A stretch of 64,000 nucleotides of DNA from Scenedesmus sp. PABB004 (taxonomy: Eukaryota): contig CM026547.1 of assembly GCA_014905635.1 (NCBI GenBank), positions 1,116,001 through 1,180,000 of the forward strand, read 5' to 3'. Numbering within the stretch: position 1 is the stretch's first letter; each line of letters starts with the position of its first letter. This document shows, piece after piece, positions 48,309 through 60,144 of this stretch. Both the position numbers and the translations under genes were made by a program. Below the pieces are notes generated by a model that had not been told where the DNA came from, did no database searches, and saw nothing but the letters and a program-made list of their open reading frames with translations.

Positions 48309-49798
48309 ATGGGGGGCCCTCCCTGCCGCCGCCCGGCGCGCCGCTCGCGGAGGTCGCAGCAGCGCTCGCCGCGCCAGGCCGCGGCCTCCTGGCCAGCGAC
48401 GAGTCGACGGGCACCATTGGGAAGCGCCTGGAGAGGGCGGGCCTGGTGAACGACGAGGTGCGGTGCCGCTGGTGCGGCTGGCTCGCCGCCGCTGCCACGC
48501 GCGGGCTGGCCTCGCTCACCCCCGCGCGCCGGCCGGCGGCGCAGGAGACGCGGCGCGCGTACCGGGAGCTGTTCTACACCGCGCCCATCGGCGCGGCGGG
48601 CATCAGCGGGGCGATCATGTTCTCCGAGGCGCTCGGCCAGGCGGCGTCCGACGGCACGCGCTTCGTCGACGCGCTCACGCGGCAGGGCGTGATGCCGGGC
48701 ATCAAGGTCGACGCGGTGCGGTGCGACGAGGGCGGCGCGGGGCCGAGGACGGCCACGCGCGGCGCGCGCAGGCGGGCGCGGCGCTGCGCTGGGCGCGGCG
48801 CGCGCGAGTGACCGCCCTCTCCCGCGCGCAGGGCCTCGAGCCGCTGCCGGGGCACGACCTCGCGACGGGAGAGACCACAACGCGCGGGCTGGAGTCGCTG
48901 GCGGCCGCGGCGGCGGGCTACGCGGCGCGGGGCGCGCGCTTCGCCAAGTGGCGCGCCGCGCTGCGGCTCGACGCGGGCCGCGGCTTCCCCAGCGAGGCGG
49001 CGGTGCAGGCCAACGCGGCGCAGCTCGCGCAGTACGCCGTCGCGTGCCAGGCGGCGGGGCTGGTGCCGATCGTGGAGCCGGAGGTGCTCATCGACGGCGG
49101 GCACAGCGCGGCCGCGTTTGGCGCCGCGAGCGAGCGCGTGCTCGCGGCGACCGTCGCGGCGCTCTGGCGCGAGGGCGTGAGCCTCGAGGGCTGCCTGCTC
49201 AAGCCGCAGATGGTCGTCGCGGTGCGGCGCGGCGGCGGCCCGGGGGCGCATTGCGGGGCGGGCCCGGCCCAGGCCGCGTGCCACGCGCGCGCCCCAACCG
49301 CGCACATGGCCGCGTGCAGCCCGCGCCGACGCCCGCGCCGACGCCCGCGCCGCGCCGCGCCAGGGCGCGTCTGCGCCGGGCCCGCGCGCGCCGCCAGCCG
49401 AGGTCGCGGCGGCGACGCTGCGCGTGATGCGGCGCGTCGTGCCGCCGGCGGTGCCGGGCATCATGTTCCTGAGCGGCGGGCAGAGCGAGGAGGAGGCGAC
49501 GCTCAACCTGGACGCCATCAATCGCCTCGCGCGCGTCGAGGGCCGCGCGCCCTGGTCGCTCTCGTTCTCCTTTGGCCGCGCGCTGCAGGCGAGCGTGCTC
49601 AAGCTGTGGAGCGAGGACGCGGGCCGGGCGGACGAGGCGCGGTCGATGGCGGCCGCGCTCGCGGCCGCCAACGCCGCCGCGGCGCGCGGCGAGTTCGAGG
49701 GCCCCCACCCCTCGCTGACCGCGGCGGCGAGCCTGCACGAGACCTTCCGCGGCTGGCGCTCGGACGAGCCGGGCGTGGCGGCGCTCGCGGCCCGGTGA
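48309..49798 (+). CDS. FBA: Class I fructose-bisphosphate aldolase
   Basis: [74 protein letters not shown] (Schiff-base Lys), [17 protein letters not shown] and [13 protein letters not shown]. The ATG at 48309 is 1 nt out of frame at the G6 run 48311-48316, so the start is uncertain. Confidence 0.92.
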
Positions 49799-50124
49799 GG
49801 CGGGCAGGCCGTCCCCCGGGGGCGACGGGGCTGCCCGGGCGTCTCCGCCGCGTCTGCTGAAACGCGGCGGCGGCGGCTTGCCGCTCAGCTCGCGCCGTGG
49901 CGCCGCTCTGCGCCGGACGCTCTGCGCACAGCCGCGCGGAGGGCAGCCGCCGAGCAGCTGGGCCCGCGTTCAACCGACTGGCCGAAGTCGGTTGCAGCAC
50001 TGCTCCCGCGCCTTGACCGCCCGCCATGGCGCGCTCGTGCGGTCGCTGTCCGGCAGACACCGCCTGAGCAGTGCCGGAGCGGCACCGGGGCGGCTCCGGG
50101 GCGGCGTGCGGGCGGGCGCGCGCG

Positions 50125-53100
50125 ATGGAGCGCCGCGGCTCGGGCGCCCTGGAGCGCCGCGGCTCGCAGCGCGCCGAGGAGGACGACCTGGATCGGCTGG
50201 CCAAGCCCATGCTCACGCGGCGCAAGGACTTCATCGACAGCGAGGAGGAGGCGCGCAAGTCGCCCAACCGCGTGCTGTATTTCCGGCGCAACGCCGACTA
50301 CGACCGCCTCATCGAGGTCTGCAGCCGCAAGCTCGCAGAAAACCCGCGCAACGTGCGCGCCCTGCTCATCCGGGCGTCGTCGACGCTCAAAAAGGGTGCG
50401 CGCGCGCGCCCGCCGCTGCTGCCGGCGACGGTTGGCGGCCCCAGCCGGCGGCGGCGGGGCGGCGGCGCCAGAAGCAGCGGGGCGGCAGCACAGCCCAGCC
50501 GCGCCGCAGCGCGGCCGGCCGGGCGGCGCCGGCGCCGTCCCGGCGCCCACGCGCGGCGGGCCTCCGCCGCAGGCGCGCTGGAGCTGTCGCTGGCCGACTA
50601 CAACGCCGTGCTCGGCCTGGAGCCGCGCAACGTCGATGCGCTGTACTACCGCGGCAGCGTGTTTGAGAAGCTCGGCCAGCTCGACGACGCGATCGTCGAC
50701 TTCAGCGCGGTGCTCACGCTCGACCCCAACCACATCAAGGCCTCGTACGCGCGCGGCGCGTGCAGGAACCTCAAGGGAGACTTTGCGTCCGCCATCGGTG
50801 CGCGCGCACGGGCGGCGGTGCGCGGGCGGCAGCGGCGGCGGGCCCGGCCGGCGGGCGCGGCCGCCGGCGGCCGGCCCACGTGCCTCGCGCCGCCCGCGCT
50901 GCCCGCGCCGCCGCCGCGCAGACGACTACACGTACGCGCTCGAGCGCGACCGCAAGCCGCCCAAGGGCCGCAGCCGCAGCCGCGGCGGGCGCGCGGGGAG
51001 CCTGCGCGAGGGCCTGCTCTCGCGCGGCACGCTGCACACGGGCGCGTCGGACGCGGCGACGAGCGGGCTCAACTCGCTCAACCTCTCCAAGTGCACCTCG
51101 CTCAACGGCAGCGAGCTCGGCAGCTACCAGGGCCACCCGCACGACGACGGTGCGCGACGCGGCGCGGCGCGGCGCGGCGCGACGCCCGCAGCCGCCGCCG
51201 CGCCCCTCACCGCCGCCCCGCCCCGCCCCGCGCGCCCGGCAGACTATGGCGGCAAGTCCAGCTCCGCCAGCCCCACCTGCTCCTCGCCCGTGGCGGCGAG
51301 CAGCAGCTTCCGGCTCTTTGACCAGGGCGGCGCGCCCGCGGCGCACGGCGGCAGCGGCTGCAGCAGCGGCAGCGAGTGCGCGGGCGGCATCCAGGGGAGC
51401 GCGCTGACGCCGCCCTCGCTGTCGGCGCCCACGTCGGCGCGCGGGACGGGCGTGGGCGCGCGCGGCGACGGCAGCAGCGCGCACGGCGGCAGCTCCGGGG
51501 GCGGCGCGCCGGAGCAGCAGCAGCAGCAGCAGCAGCAGCGGCGGCGGCGCCCAGACCGCGCCGGCGCTGGCTGCAGCGACGGCAGCGGCGCGGGCCCGGT
51601 CGAGTACGGCTCGCCGCCGCACGTCTCGCGCAGCGGCTCGTGGGCGACGCTCGCTGGCCAGGGCGGCGCGGCGGCGGCCGGGGGCTCCATCCTCTCGCGC
51701 CCGCCCAGCGCGCTCGCGATGGCCAGCGGCGGCAGCGGCAGCAGCGCCGGCGGCGGCGCCGGCGCGAGCGGCGCCGGCGCGGGCAGCGGTGGCGGCGGAG
51801 GCGGCGGCGGCGGCGGCGTCGAGGCCGACCCGCGAAGCGCGCCAAGCTGGCGGACTACTACCACGCGCGCGGCTACGCGGCGCGCAAGCAGGGCAACTTC
51901 CGGGGCGCGGTCGAGGAGTACAGCCGCGCGCTGGCGCTCGCGCCGACGCACTTCAAGGCGCTCTTCAACCGCGGCTTCTCCTACGACAAGGCAAGCAGCG
52001 CTGCTGGCAGGGCTGGCGGCGCGCGCTGCCGCCCCAGGGGCCGCGTGGCCGCCGCAGCGCCCCCCTCTCGCCTCCTACGGGGCCTGGCCCCCCTCCCACA
52101 CACACACACACACACACACGCCCATGCCCGCCCGCACGCGCGCCCGCCCGCCGCCTCTGCCCCGGCGCGCAGCTGGGGTGCCACGACAAGGCGATCGCCG
52201 ACTACGGCCGCGCGCTGGAGGTGGACCCGGGGAACAGCTACGCCTACTACAACCGCGGCATCACGCGCGACCGCCTCGCCGACTACGACGGCGCGGTCGC
52301 CGACTTTTCGAGCGCCATCGCGCTCGACCCCGCCAACGCCGACTTTTACCACAACCGCGGCTTCAGCCTGCGCAAGCAGGCGCGCCCACGCCCGCGCCCG
52401 CGGCGGCGGCGGCGGGAGCGCGTGCGCGCGCGTGCGTGCGCGAGAGAGAGGCGGTCGGGGAGCGCGGTGTGCTGACGCGGCCGCGCCGCGCCGCGCAGGG
52501 GCGCTTTGCGGAGGCGGTCGACGACTACAGCCACGCCATCGCGCTGCACCCGGGGCACTGCCGCGCGTACTACAACCGCGCGTTCAGCCACGACCGCCTC
52601 GGCGCGGCGGAGGAGGCGGTCGCCGACTACAGCCGCGCGCTGCAGATCGAGCCCAGCAACGCGACCGCGCTGCACAACCGCGGCTCGCTGTTCGAGCGCC
52701 TCGGCAGGTGCGGCGGCGCGGCCCAGCGTCGCGGCGCGGCGCGGCGGCGCTCGGGCTGGCGCAGGGCGCCCGCCGACGCGGCCGCCGCGGCCGGCGCGGC
52801 GCCCCGCACCCGCAGGCTGCAGGACGCGCTGCAGGACTTCAGCGCCGCGATCGCGACCGACCCGTCGGCCGCGCTGAGCTTCAACAGCCGCGCGCTGCTG
52901 CTCGAGCGCCTGGGCCAGCCCGAGGCGGCGCTCGCGGACCACGACGCGGCGGTGGGGCTCGACCCGAGCGACGCGGGGTACGTCAAGGCGCGGGGGCTGT
53001 GCCACCGCACGCTGGGGCACTACGAGGCCGCGGCGCACGACTTCACGCGGTGCGCGCGCCGCGCGGCGCGGCGCGGCGCGGCCGGCGGCCGCCCGCCCGC

Positions 53101-53995
53101 CCGCCTGCTGCGGCGCCGCGGCCGGCCGGCGCCGCGCCGCGCTCACGGCCCCCGCCGCGCGCCGCGGGGTGGCAGGCTGATCGAGCTGCAGCCAGACGAC
53201 CCCAGCGGCTACAGCAACCGCAGCTACGCGCTGCGCAAGCTCGGCGACTACGAGGGCGCGGTGGAGGACTACGGCCACGCGATCGCGCTCACGCCCGCCG
53301 GCTCGACGCGCCTGCACAACAACCGGTGCGACCCGCCGCCGCGGCACCGCCGCCGCCCTCGCGCTCGCTCGCTCTCCACGCACGCGCGCACACGCCGCGC
53401 GCGCACACGCCGCCCGCGCCGCGCCCACGCCGCCCGCGCCGCGTCGCGCGCGCGCAGCGCGTACTGCCTGGCCAAGCTGGGCCGGTACCGCGAGGCGATC
53501 GCCGACTACTGCGCCGTCGTGTCGCTGGACCCGGGCAACGTGCACGCGTTCCACAACCGCGGCATCTCGTACGACAAGCTCGGCGCGTTTGAGGCGGCGG
53601 TGGAGGACTTCAACCGCGTGCTCGCGCTCGAGCCGGGGAACAGCGTGGCCTACTTCAACCGCGGCTCCACGTACGACAGCCTCGGCCTGCACGACGCGGC
53701 GATCGCCGACTTTGGCCGCGCGCTCGAGCTCGACCCCGGCACGCCCGGCGGCGGCGGCGGCAGCCCCGGGCCTGACGCCGCCTGGGCGGCGGCGGCGGGC
53801 AGCCCGGCCGCGGCGGCGGCGGCGCAGCAGCAGCAGCGAGCGCCGCAGGCGCAGCAGCAGCGGCGGCAGCAGCAGCAGCAGCTGTCGCAGCACCAGCAGC
53901 AGCTACGCGGCGGCGGCGGCGGCCGGCCGCCGCCGCACCAGCAGCAGCACGGCGGCCTCCCCGCAGGCCGCCTCGGCAGCCAGCAGCAGTCGTAG
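50125..53995 (+). CDS. Multi-TPR protein (N-terminal TPR block, Ser/Gly linker, long C-terminal TPR array, Gln-rich tail)
   Basis: Repeated AIADYxxAL.LDP....AYYNRG units. Apparent 1-nt frameshift in the C-run at 51829-51831. TAG at 53993-53995. Confidence 0.88.
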
Positions 53996-55070
53996 CGCCC
54001 CCGGCGCGCCGGCGCGTGCTGCTGTGATTCCCTGCTGCCTGCTCGGCTCGCCCAGCTCGCCGCTGGCGCGACGGCGGCTCCCTCCCGGACGCGATTGTTC
54101 TGCGCATACGCATAAACCCTGTGCCTCGCTGACACTGGCTGACACTGACTGAAGAGCTGCACCTCGCTTTCTCATCATCGGGCCCCAAAGTTTGCGGGGT
54201 GTGTGTGCGCGTGCGTGGCGGGCCGCGGGCCCCCGCGGGCGCCTGGCAGCAACCAACGGCCGCGCCGCCGCGGCGTGGGGCGGTGTGCGTGTCCAGGCCG
54301 GGACTCTCTCGTCGCACTGTGGGCGGCGCCGGGGCGCGGCGCGGCCCGTCTCCCGTCTCCCCCTCCGCCGGGCTACCGCGCGGCGCGAGATTGACAGCGT
54401 TGCGTGTCTTTGTCCCAGAGCTGGCTGCTCTCCTCGTGCCGCCTGATTGTTTGCGCGGTGCCGGACGCGCGCGGCCTGACGCGGCGCCTGATCCGCCGCC
54501 GACGCCGACGACGACGCCGGGCGTAAAAGTTCTCTGCGGTGCCGCGGCCCGCGACGCGGAGCTCGTAAAACGCGTGAGGCGCGTGCTGCGGCGTCACGAC
54601 GGGCGGCGGTTGCTCGGCCGCGGCGCCGCGCGCTCCCACTTCACCGCCCAGCTGCTCGCGCGCCACACGCACGCACGACGTCGCGAGCGGCGACACCGTG
54701 CAGGCCTCCCTCGGCCAAGCGCACGCGGACCCACCAATCCGGCGCGCCCGCAACGCCTCGCGGCCTCTCACAGCGCCTCAGACAGCTCGCATCGGGAGGC
54801 GATTGCCGGCGGCGGCCCAGCAGCGCGCTCCAGCGCTCCAGGGCGGGCGGAGCGCCATCGCGCACCGCGCACTGCGCCTGCGTGGGGCGCCTGGCGCGGC
54901 CTCGCGTGCGCCCACGACGACGCCCTCTGCGCCGAGCACCAGCCGCCACGCGCGCGCGTAGCGCGTCCGGCGCCAGGCTGGCGGCGGCGGGCGCGGCAGC
55001 AGCGACGGCCGCGGCAGCGGCGGCCGCCGCGCAGGCGCCGCATGCCGCCGCGGCGCGCCTGGCCGCCGCC

Positions 55071-58000
55071 ATGAAGCAGCTGCATGCGGCGTGCCGGGTC
55101 GCCACGGCGCGCCCCCAGCCGTTTGCCGGCGGCGGCGGCGGATGGGGCGGCGGCGCGGCGCTGCGACCGCGCCGCGCGCCCGCGGGCGCGCCGTGGCCGC
55201 AGCGCCCGGGCCGCTGCACGCGCGCGCGCCGTTGCGCCTGCAGCGCGCCGCCGGCGCGGCGCCGGCCGGCAGCAGCTGGGCCGCAGGCGGCGGCGCGGCG
55301 CTCGCGCTCAGCAGCCTGGCGGCGGCGCGGCGCGCCGCTGGCACTGGCGCTGGCGCCGGCCCCGGCGCCTGGCGCGGCTGGGTGCGGCAGCAGCTCGGCG
55401 CGCCGGCGGGCGCGTCCGCGCGGCGGGGCGCGGCGGGCGCGGCGGCGGCGCCGCCCGGCCACGCGCCCGGCGGCGGCGCCTGCGTCGACAGCTGGGCGCT
55501 CTGGGTCGACCGCACGTCGGGCCTGCTGCTGTCGAGCCTCGTCAACGCGCTCAACCTGGCGGGCAGCAAGCTGCCGGTCGCGCTCGGGCTGCTGCTAGTC
55601 GACATGGCCAACAACAGCCCGCTGCTCGGCGGCGCCGCCGCGGACAGCAGCCTCGCCGCGCCGTACCTGCCCGCCAGCCTGCCGCCCGGCGGCTTCTACG
55701 CGCAGGCGGCCCCGCGGGCGCGACGCAGCGCGGCGGCGCCGCCACCGCCGCCGGCGAGCCGGCGCCGCGCGGCGGCGGCGCCGCGTCGTGGTGGGCCGGC
55801 GCGGCGTCCGCGCTCGCCGCGGGCGCGCGGCTGGTGTGGCTCGGCGCGATCTGGCTGCCCGCGCTGCTGTCCGCGCCGCCGGTGATGTGGTGGGCGCGTC
55901 GGCGCGCGTGGTGGCTGGTGCTGCTGCGCGTGAGCCTCGAGCTGAGCGGCCCCGCGTTCATCAAGTGGGGCCAGTGGGCGGCGACGCGGCACGACATCTT
56001 CCCGCACGACGTCTGCGACGCGCTCGAGGCACTGCACACCGACGCGCCCGCGCACAGCTTCAGGCGCGCGCGCGCGCGCGCGCTGGGCCGGGCAGCGGCG
56101 CGGGCAGCTGGCGGCGGCGGCGCCAGCGGCGGCGGCGGCGGCGGCGGGGGGAGGAGAGGGGCGCCGGCCGCGCGGCCCGGCGCGTGGCGCGCGGGGCCGC
56201 CGCAGCCGCCCGACCGCGCCGGCTCCGCCTCCGCGGCTCCGCGCAGGTACACGTGCACGGCGCTGCGCAAGTCGTTTGGCCTGCCGCCCAGCGAGCTGTT
56301 TGACTGGATCGAGGTCGAGCCGCTCGCGTGCGGCAGCATCGGGCAGGTGCACCGCGGCCGGCTCTCGCCCAAGGGCGCCGCGCTCACCGGCTGTGCGCCG
56401 GGCGAGACGGTGGCCATCAAGGTGCGGCGGCGGCGACGGGGGGCGGCGGCCGCGGCGGCGGCCGCGGCGGCGGCGCCCGCGCCGGCCCTGCGCGACGGCG
56501 CCCGCCCGCGCGCGGCGGGCGCCGACGCGCGCTTTGCACCGCCGCCGCCGCCGCAGGTGCGGCACCCGGGCGTGTCGGAGGCGATCGAGCGCGACTTTGA
56601 GACGATGGTCTGGCTCGCAACCACGGCGGGGCGCCTCGTGCCCGCGACGCGCGCGCTGCGGCTGGACGACACGCTGAAGCAGTTTGCCGCGCCCCTGCAC
56701 GAGCAGGCGCGGCGTGCGGCGCGACACGCGCGGCGCGCGGGCGTGCACAGCGTGCGGGGCGGGGGCCGACGCGCGCCCCGCCGCCGCGCCGGCGCCGCAG
56801 GTCGACCTGTCGCGCGAGGCGGCCAACCTGCAGCGCTTCAACGCCAACTTCAAGCGCGCGCGCGCGGTGCGGCGCAGCCCGGCTGTCTGCTCGCGCGCCC
56901 GCCCACGCGCCGCACCACCAACACCACCAACACACCCACCACCGCCACCGCCGCCGTCGCGGCAGGTGTCCTTCCCCGTCCCGCTCTTCCCGCTCGTGTC
57001 GCCCGACGTGCTGGTTGAGAGCTTTGAGGCGGGGCGGCACATCAGCCACTACATCTCCGCCGCGAGCAACCACCCCTACCGCGTGCGCCTCGCGGAGCTC
57101 GGCTCGGGCACGATGCTGCAGGTCGGCCGGCCCCCTCCGCCGCCCGCCGCCGCCCGCGCGCCCGCTCGCGCCGCCACTGCTGCGCTCCCTGCTCCCCGGC
57201 CTGCCACTGCCCTCAACCGGAAACCCTTACACCCTCAACCCTAAACCCCGGTGCTCACCGCCCGCGCCCACACAGATGATGCTGGTCGACAACCTCATCC
57301 ACAGCGACCTCCACCCGGGCAACATCCTCGTGCGCCTCGAGCCGCCGCGCGGGCTGCTCGGCGCCGCGTACGCCGCGGCGCGCCGCCTCGCCGACCCCGA
57401 CGGCGCCGCGATGCGCGTCCTGGGCGCGGCGCTCGAGCGGCTCGCGCCGGCCGCCGGCGGCGGCGGCGGCAGCGGCGGCGCCGGTGGCGCTGGCGGCGCC
57501 GGCGGCGCAGCGGCGCTGACGGTGTCGAGCAGCAGCAGCAGCGGCAGCAGCGACGCCGAGGCGCAGCCACGGGGTGGCTGGCGCGCGCGTGCGCGCGCGC
57601 CGGCGGCCCCGCGGCGGTGCTCGGGCGCGTGCAGGGCGCGCTCGCGGGGCTGGCCGACTCGTGGCTGCAGCCCCACATCGTGCTGCTGGACGTGGGCATG
57701 GCCACAGAGCTGTCGCCCGAGGACCAGACCAACATGGTCGGCCTCTTCAGGCGAGACGCCCGCCCCGCGCGCGCAGCCCAGCCGGCGCCGGCGGCGCGCC
57801 CCGGCACGCGCCCGCGCGCCCGCGCGCCCGCCCGCCCGCCCGCGCGCCCGCCCGCCCGCCGACCGCCGCCCGCCCGCCGCGCCACCGCCGCCGCTCCCAC
57901 AGGGCGTTTGCGGCGCTGGACGGCAAGCAGGTCGCAGAGTGGACGCTGCGCTTCAGCGGCGCCGAGCAGGCGTGCGCGCAGCCGCGCGCGTTCGTGGAGG

Positions 58001-58494
58001 ACATGGAGGCCACGTTTGCGACGCTCAAGGCCACCATCGCCGCGCACGAGGTGGAGCAGGCGCGCTGGCGGCAGCAGGAGGCGGCGCGCGCCGCGGCGGT
58101 CGCGGCCGGCGCGGCGCGCGTCGCCGCGGTCGGCGCGGCCGGCGCCGCCGCGGGCGCGCCGCCGCCCGACGGCGCCGACGGCGGCGCCGTCTCGGGGGCG
58201 GGCGGCTCGGGCGCCATCCCCATGCCGGAGCAGTTTGACAGCGGCGCCGAGGCGCTCGCGACGGTGCTGGAGCTCGTGCGCGTGCACGGCGTGTCGCTGC
58301 CCGGCCACATCTGCGGCGTCGTCGTGACGACGCTCATCCTCGAGGGCTGGTCCAACAAGCTCGCGCCCGAGCACAGCGTGCTGGTGCAGGTGCAGGGCAT
58401 GTTTGGGCCGGGGCTGCTGAGCTGGCGCGACCGCATGGACGGCGTCGTCGACACGGTCATGGACCGCGGCGACACCGCGCTCAGCCTCGCGTGA
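55071..58494 (+). CDS. ABC1/UbiB atypical kinase (ADCK2-like, likely mitochondrial)
   Basis: GPAFIKWGQWAATRHDIFP (KxGQ motif), LHTDAPAHSF, CGSIGQVHRG, VAIKVRHPGV, VDLSREAANLQRFNANF, LVESFE, MMLVDNLIHSDLHPGNILVR, IVLLDVGM and ILEGWSNKL. Frameshifts near 55712 and 57572; the start is uncertain. Confidence 0.9.
57210..57249 (+). repeat. Degenerate telomere-like (CCCTAAA) heptamer array in an ABC1K intron
   Basis: CCCTCAA CCGGAAA CCCTTACA CCCTCAA CCCTAAA CCCC. Confidence 0.45.
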
Positions 58495-58705
58495 CGCCGG
58501 CGTGGACGCGCGGACGCGCGGCGGCGCGCCGAGCGAGCGAGAGTAACTCGCGCGGCGGCGGGCGCGGGCGCGAGCTCGGGGCGGTGCGTCACCCGGCTGC
58601 CATCGCTGATGGCAGCCGCGACGCTGCGTGCGCGCATCGCTGCGCGATACCCCTCGCTCGCTCGCTCAATCGCTCACTCACTCGCAATCGGCGCGCCCGC
58701 GCGCG

Positions 58706-59880
58706 TCACCCGCCGGCGACGGCGGCCTGCGGCTGCTCCCGCGCGCCGCCGCGCGCGCCCGCGCCGCGCTCGGCGGCGGCGGCGGCCTTGATGTGCGGCT
58801 CCAGCGCGGCCATGAGGCGCGGCATGGTCTCGGGGATGCCGCCGGTGATCTCAAAGTCGAGCAGCAGCCCCGCGTCGCGGTAGTACGCCTCCACCGGCGC
58901 CGCGCCGGACGCGTAGACGGCGAGCCGCCGCGCGACGACCTCGGGCGTGTCGTCGTCGCGGACCTCGAGGTGCGGCGCGCACTCGGGCGGCGGGCTGAGC
59001 GGCGGCATCACGATCTCGGAGCGCCCGCCCGCCGCGGGCAGGAAGATGTCGGCGACGTTGTAGTTGCGCCCGCAGTGCGTGCACAGCCGCCGCCCGCAGC
59101 ACTTCTCCACGAGCACCTCGTGCCGCAGGCCGAGGTTGAGCGCGAGGCCGACGCGCGCGACGCGCGCGAGCTGCTGCGCCTGCGGCACCGTCCTGTGCGG
59201 CGGCGGCGGCGGGCGCGGGCGCGTCGGACGCGCGCCCCGCGCCCCGCGCCGCCCCGCCGCGCAGAGCTGTCGGCGGCCCCGCGCAGCGCCCCACGTGCGC
59301 GCATCACGTCGCCGCACGCGCCGCCGCGCCTGGGGAAGCCGTCGAGGATGAAGCCGCGCTCGCCCGCCGCCGCGCCGGCGTCGAGGCGCGCTGCAAGCGT
59401 GGCGATGATCACGTCGTCCGGCAGCAGCTGCCCCTGGCTCACAATCTGCTGCATCTGCGCGGCCGCGGCGGCGGCAGGCGCGGCGTGTGGGGCCGGGCGC
59501 GGCCGCGCCGCGCGGGGGAGGGGGTCGCGGGCGCGCACGCCCGCCCGCGCCCGCACCTGGTGGCCGAGCGCGCTGCCGCTCTTGATTTCGGCGCGCACGA
59601 GGTCGCCCGCCGCGATGTGCGGGACGCCCAGCGCCGCGGCGATGCGGCTGGCGTAGGTGCCCTTGCCCACGCCCGGCGGGCCAAGGAACACCCAGCGCAG
59701 GCCCGCGCCGCCGGGCGGCGCGGCGGCAGCAGCGGCCGCCGCCGCCGCGGCGGCGCCCGCGGCGGCGGCGCTGCTGAAGGGCGCGCCGTCCTGCCGCAGG
59801 GCCGCGGCCTGCGCCCATGCAGCGCCCCAGGCGCCGGGCCCGCGCGCCGCGCGCGCGAGCGCCTGGCGTTGCCAGGACAT
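58706..59880 (-). CDS. ADK: Organellar adenylate kinase, 3 exons
   Basis: WVFLGPPGVGKGTYASR (P-loop), HIAAGDLVR, GQLLPD, GFILDGFPRT, GRRLCTHCG lid and RDDDTPEVV. Targeting-peptide-like N-terminus. Confidence 0.93.
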
Positions 59881-60144
59881 CGCGGGCGTCTGCTGCGGGT
59901 GCGCAGGCGCGACGCGCGGCGACGCTGCGAGGCGCGTCGTGCGGCCGGGGGTGTGAGCCGTCGGCGTGGGCCGCGTGGGGCGTTGTTGGGGCCCTAAGAC
60001 GCGCGGGTTGTGCCCGCACTGCTGCGCCGAGCGGTCGCTGCCCGCGCTGCAGCGCGGTCGCCCCACAACCGCCATCCCGTCGCCTTCAGCGACCCTTCGG
60101 GCCTCTTACCTGGCCGCCAGGCCGCCGCGAGCGCGCGCCTCGCG

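Noticed and set aside
33283..59880. Possible carbon/energy metabolic gene cluster (TPS1, SSADH, kinase, FBA, ABC1K, ADK)
   Set aside because: The products act in different compartments and pathways and are interspersed with unrelated genes. I saw no shared regulatory motif, so chance adjacency is sufficient.
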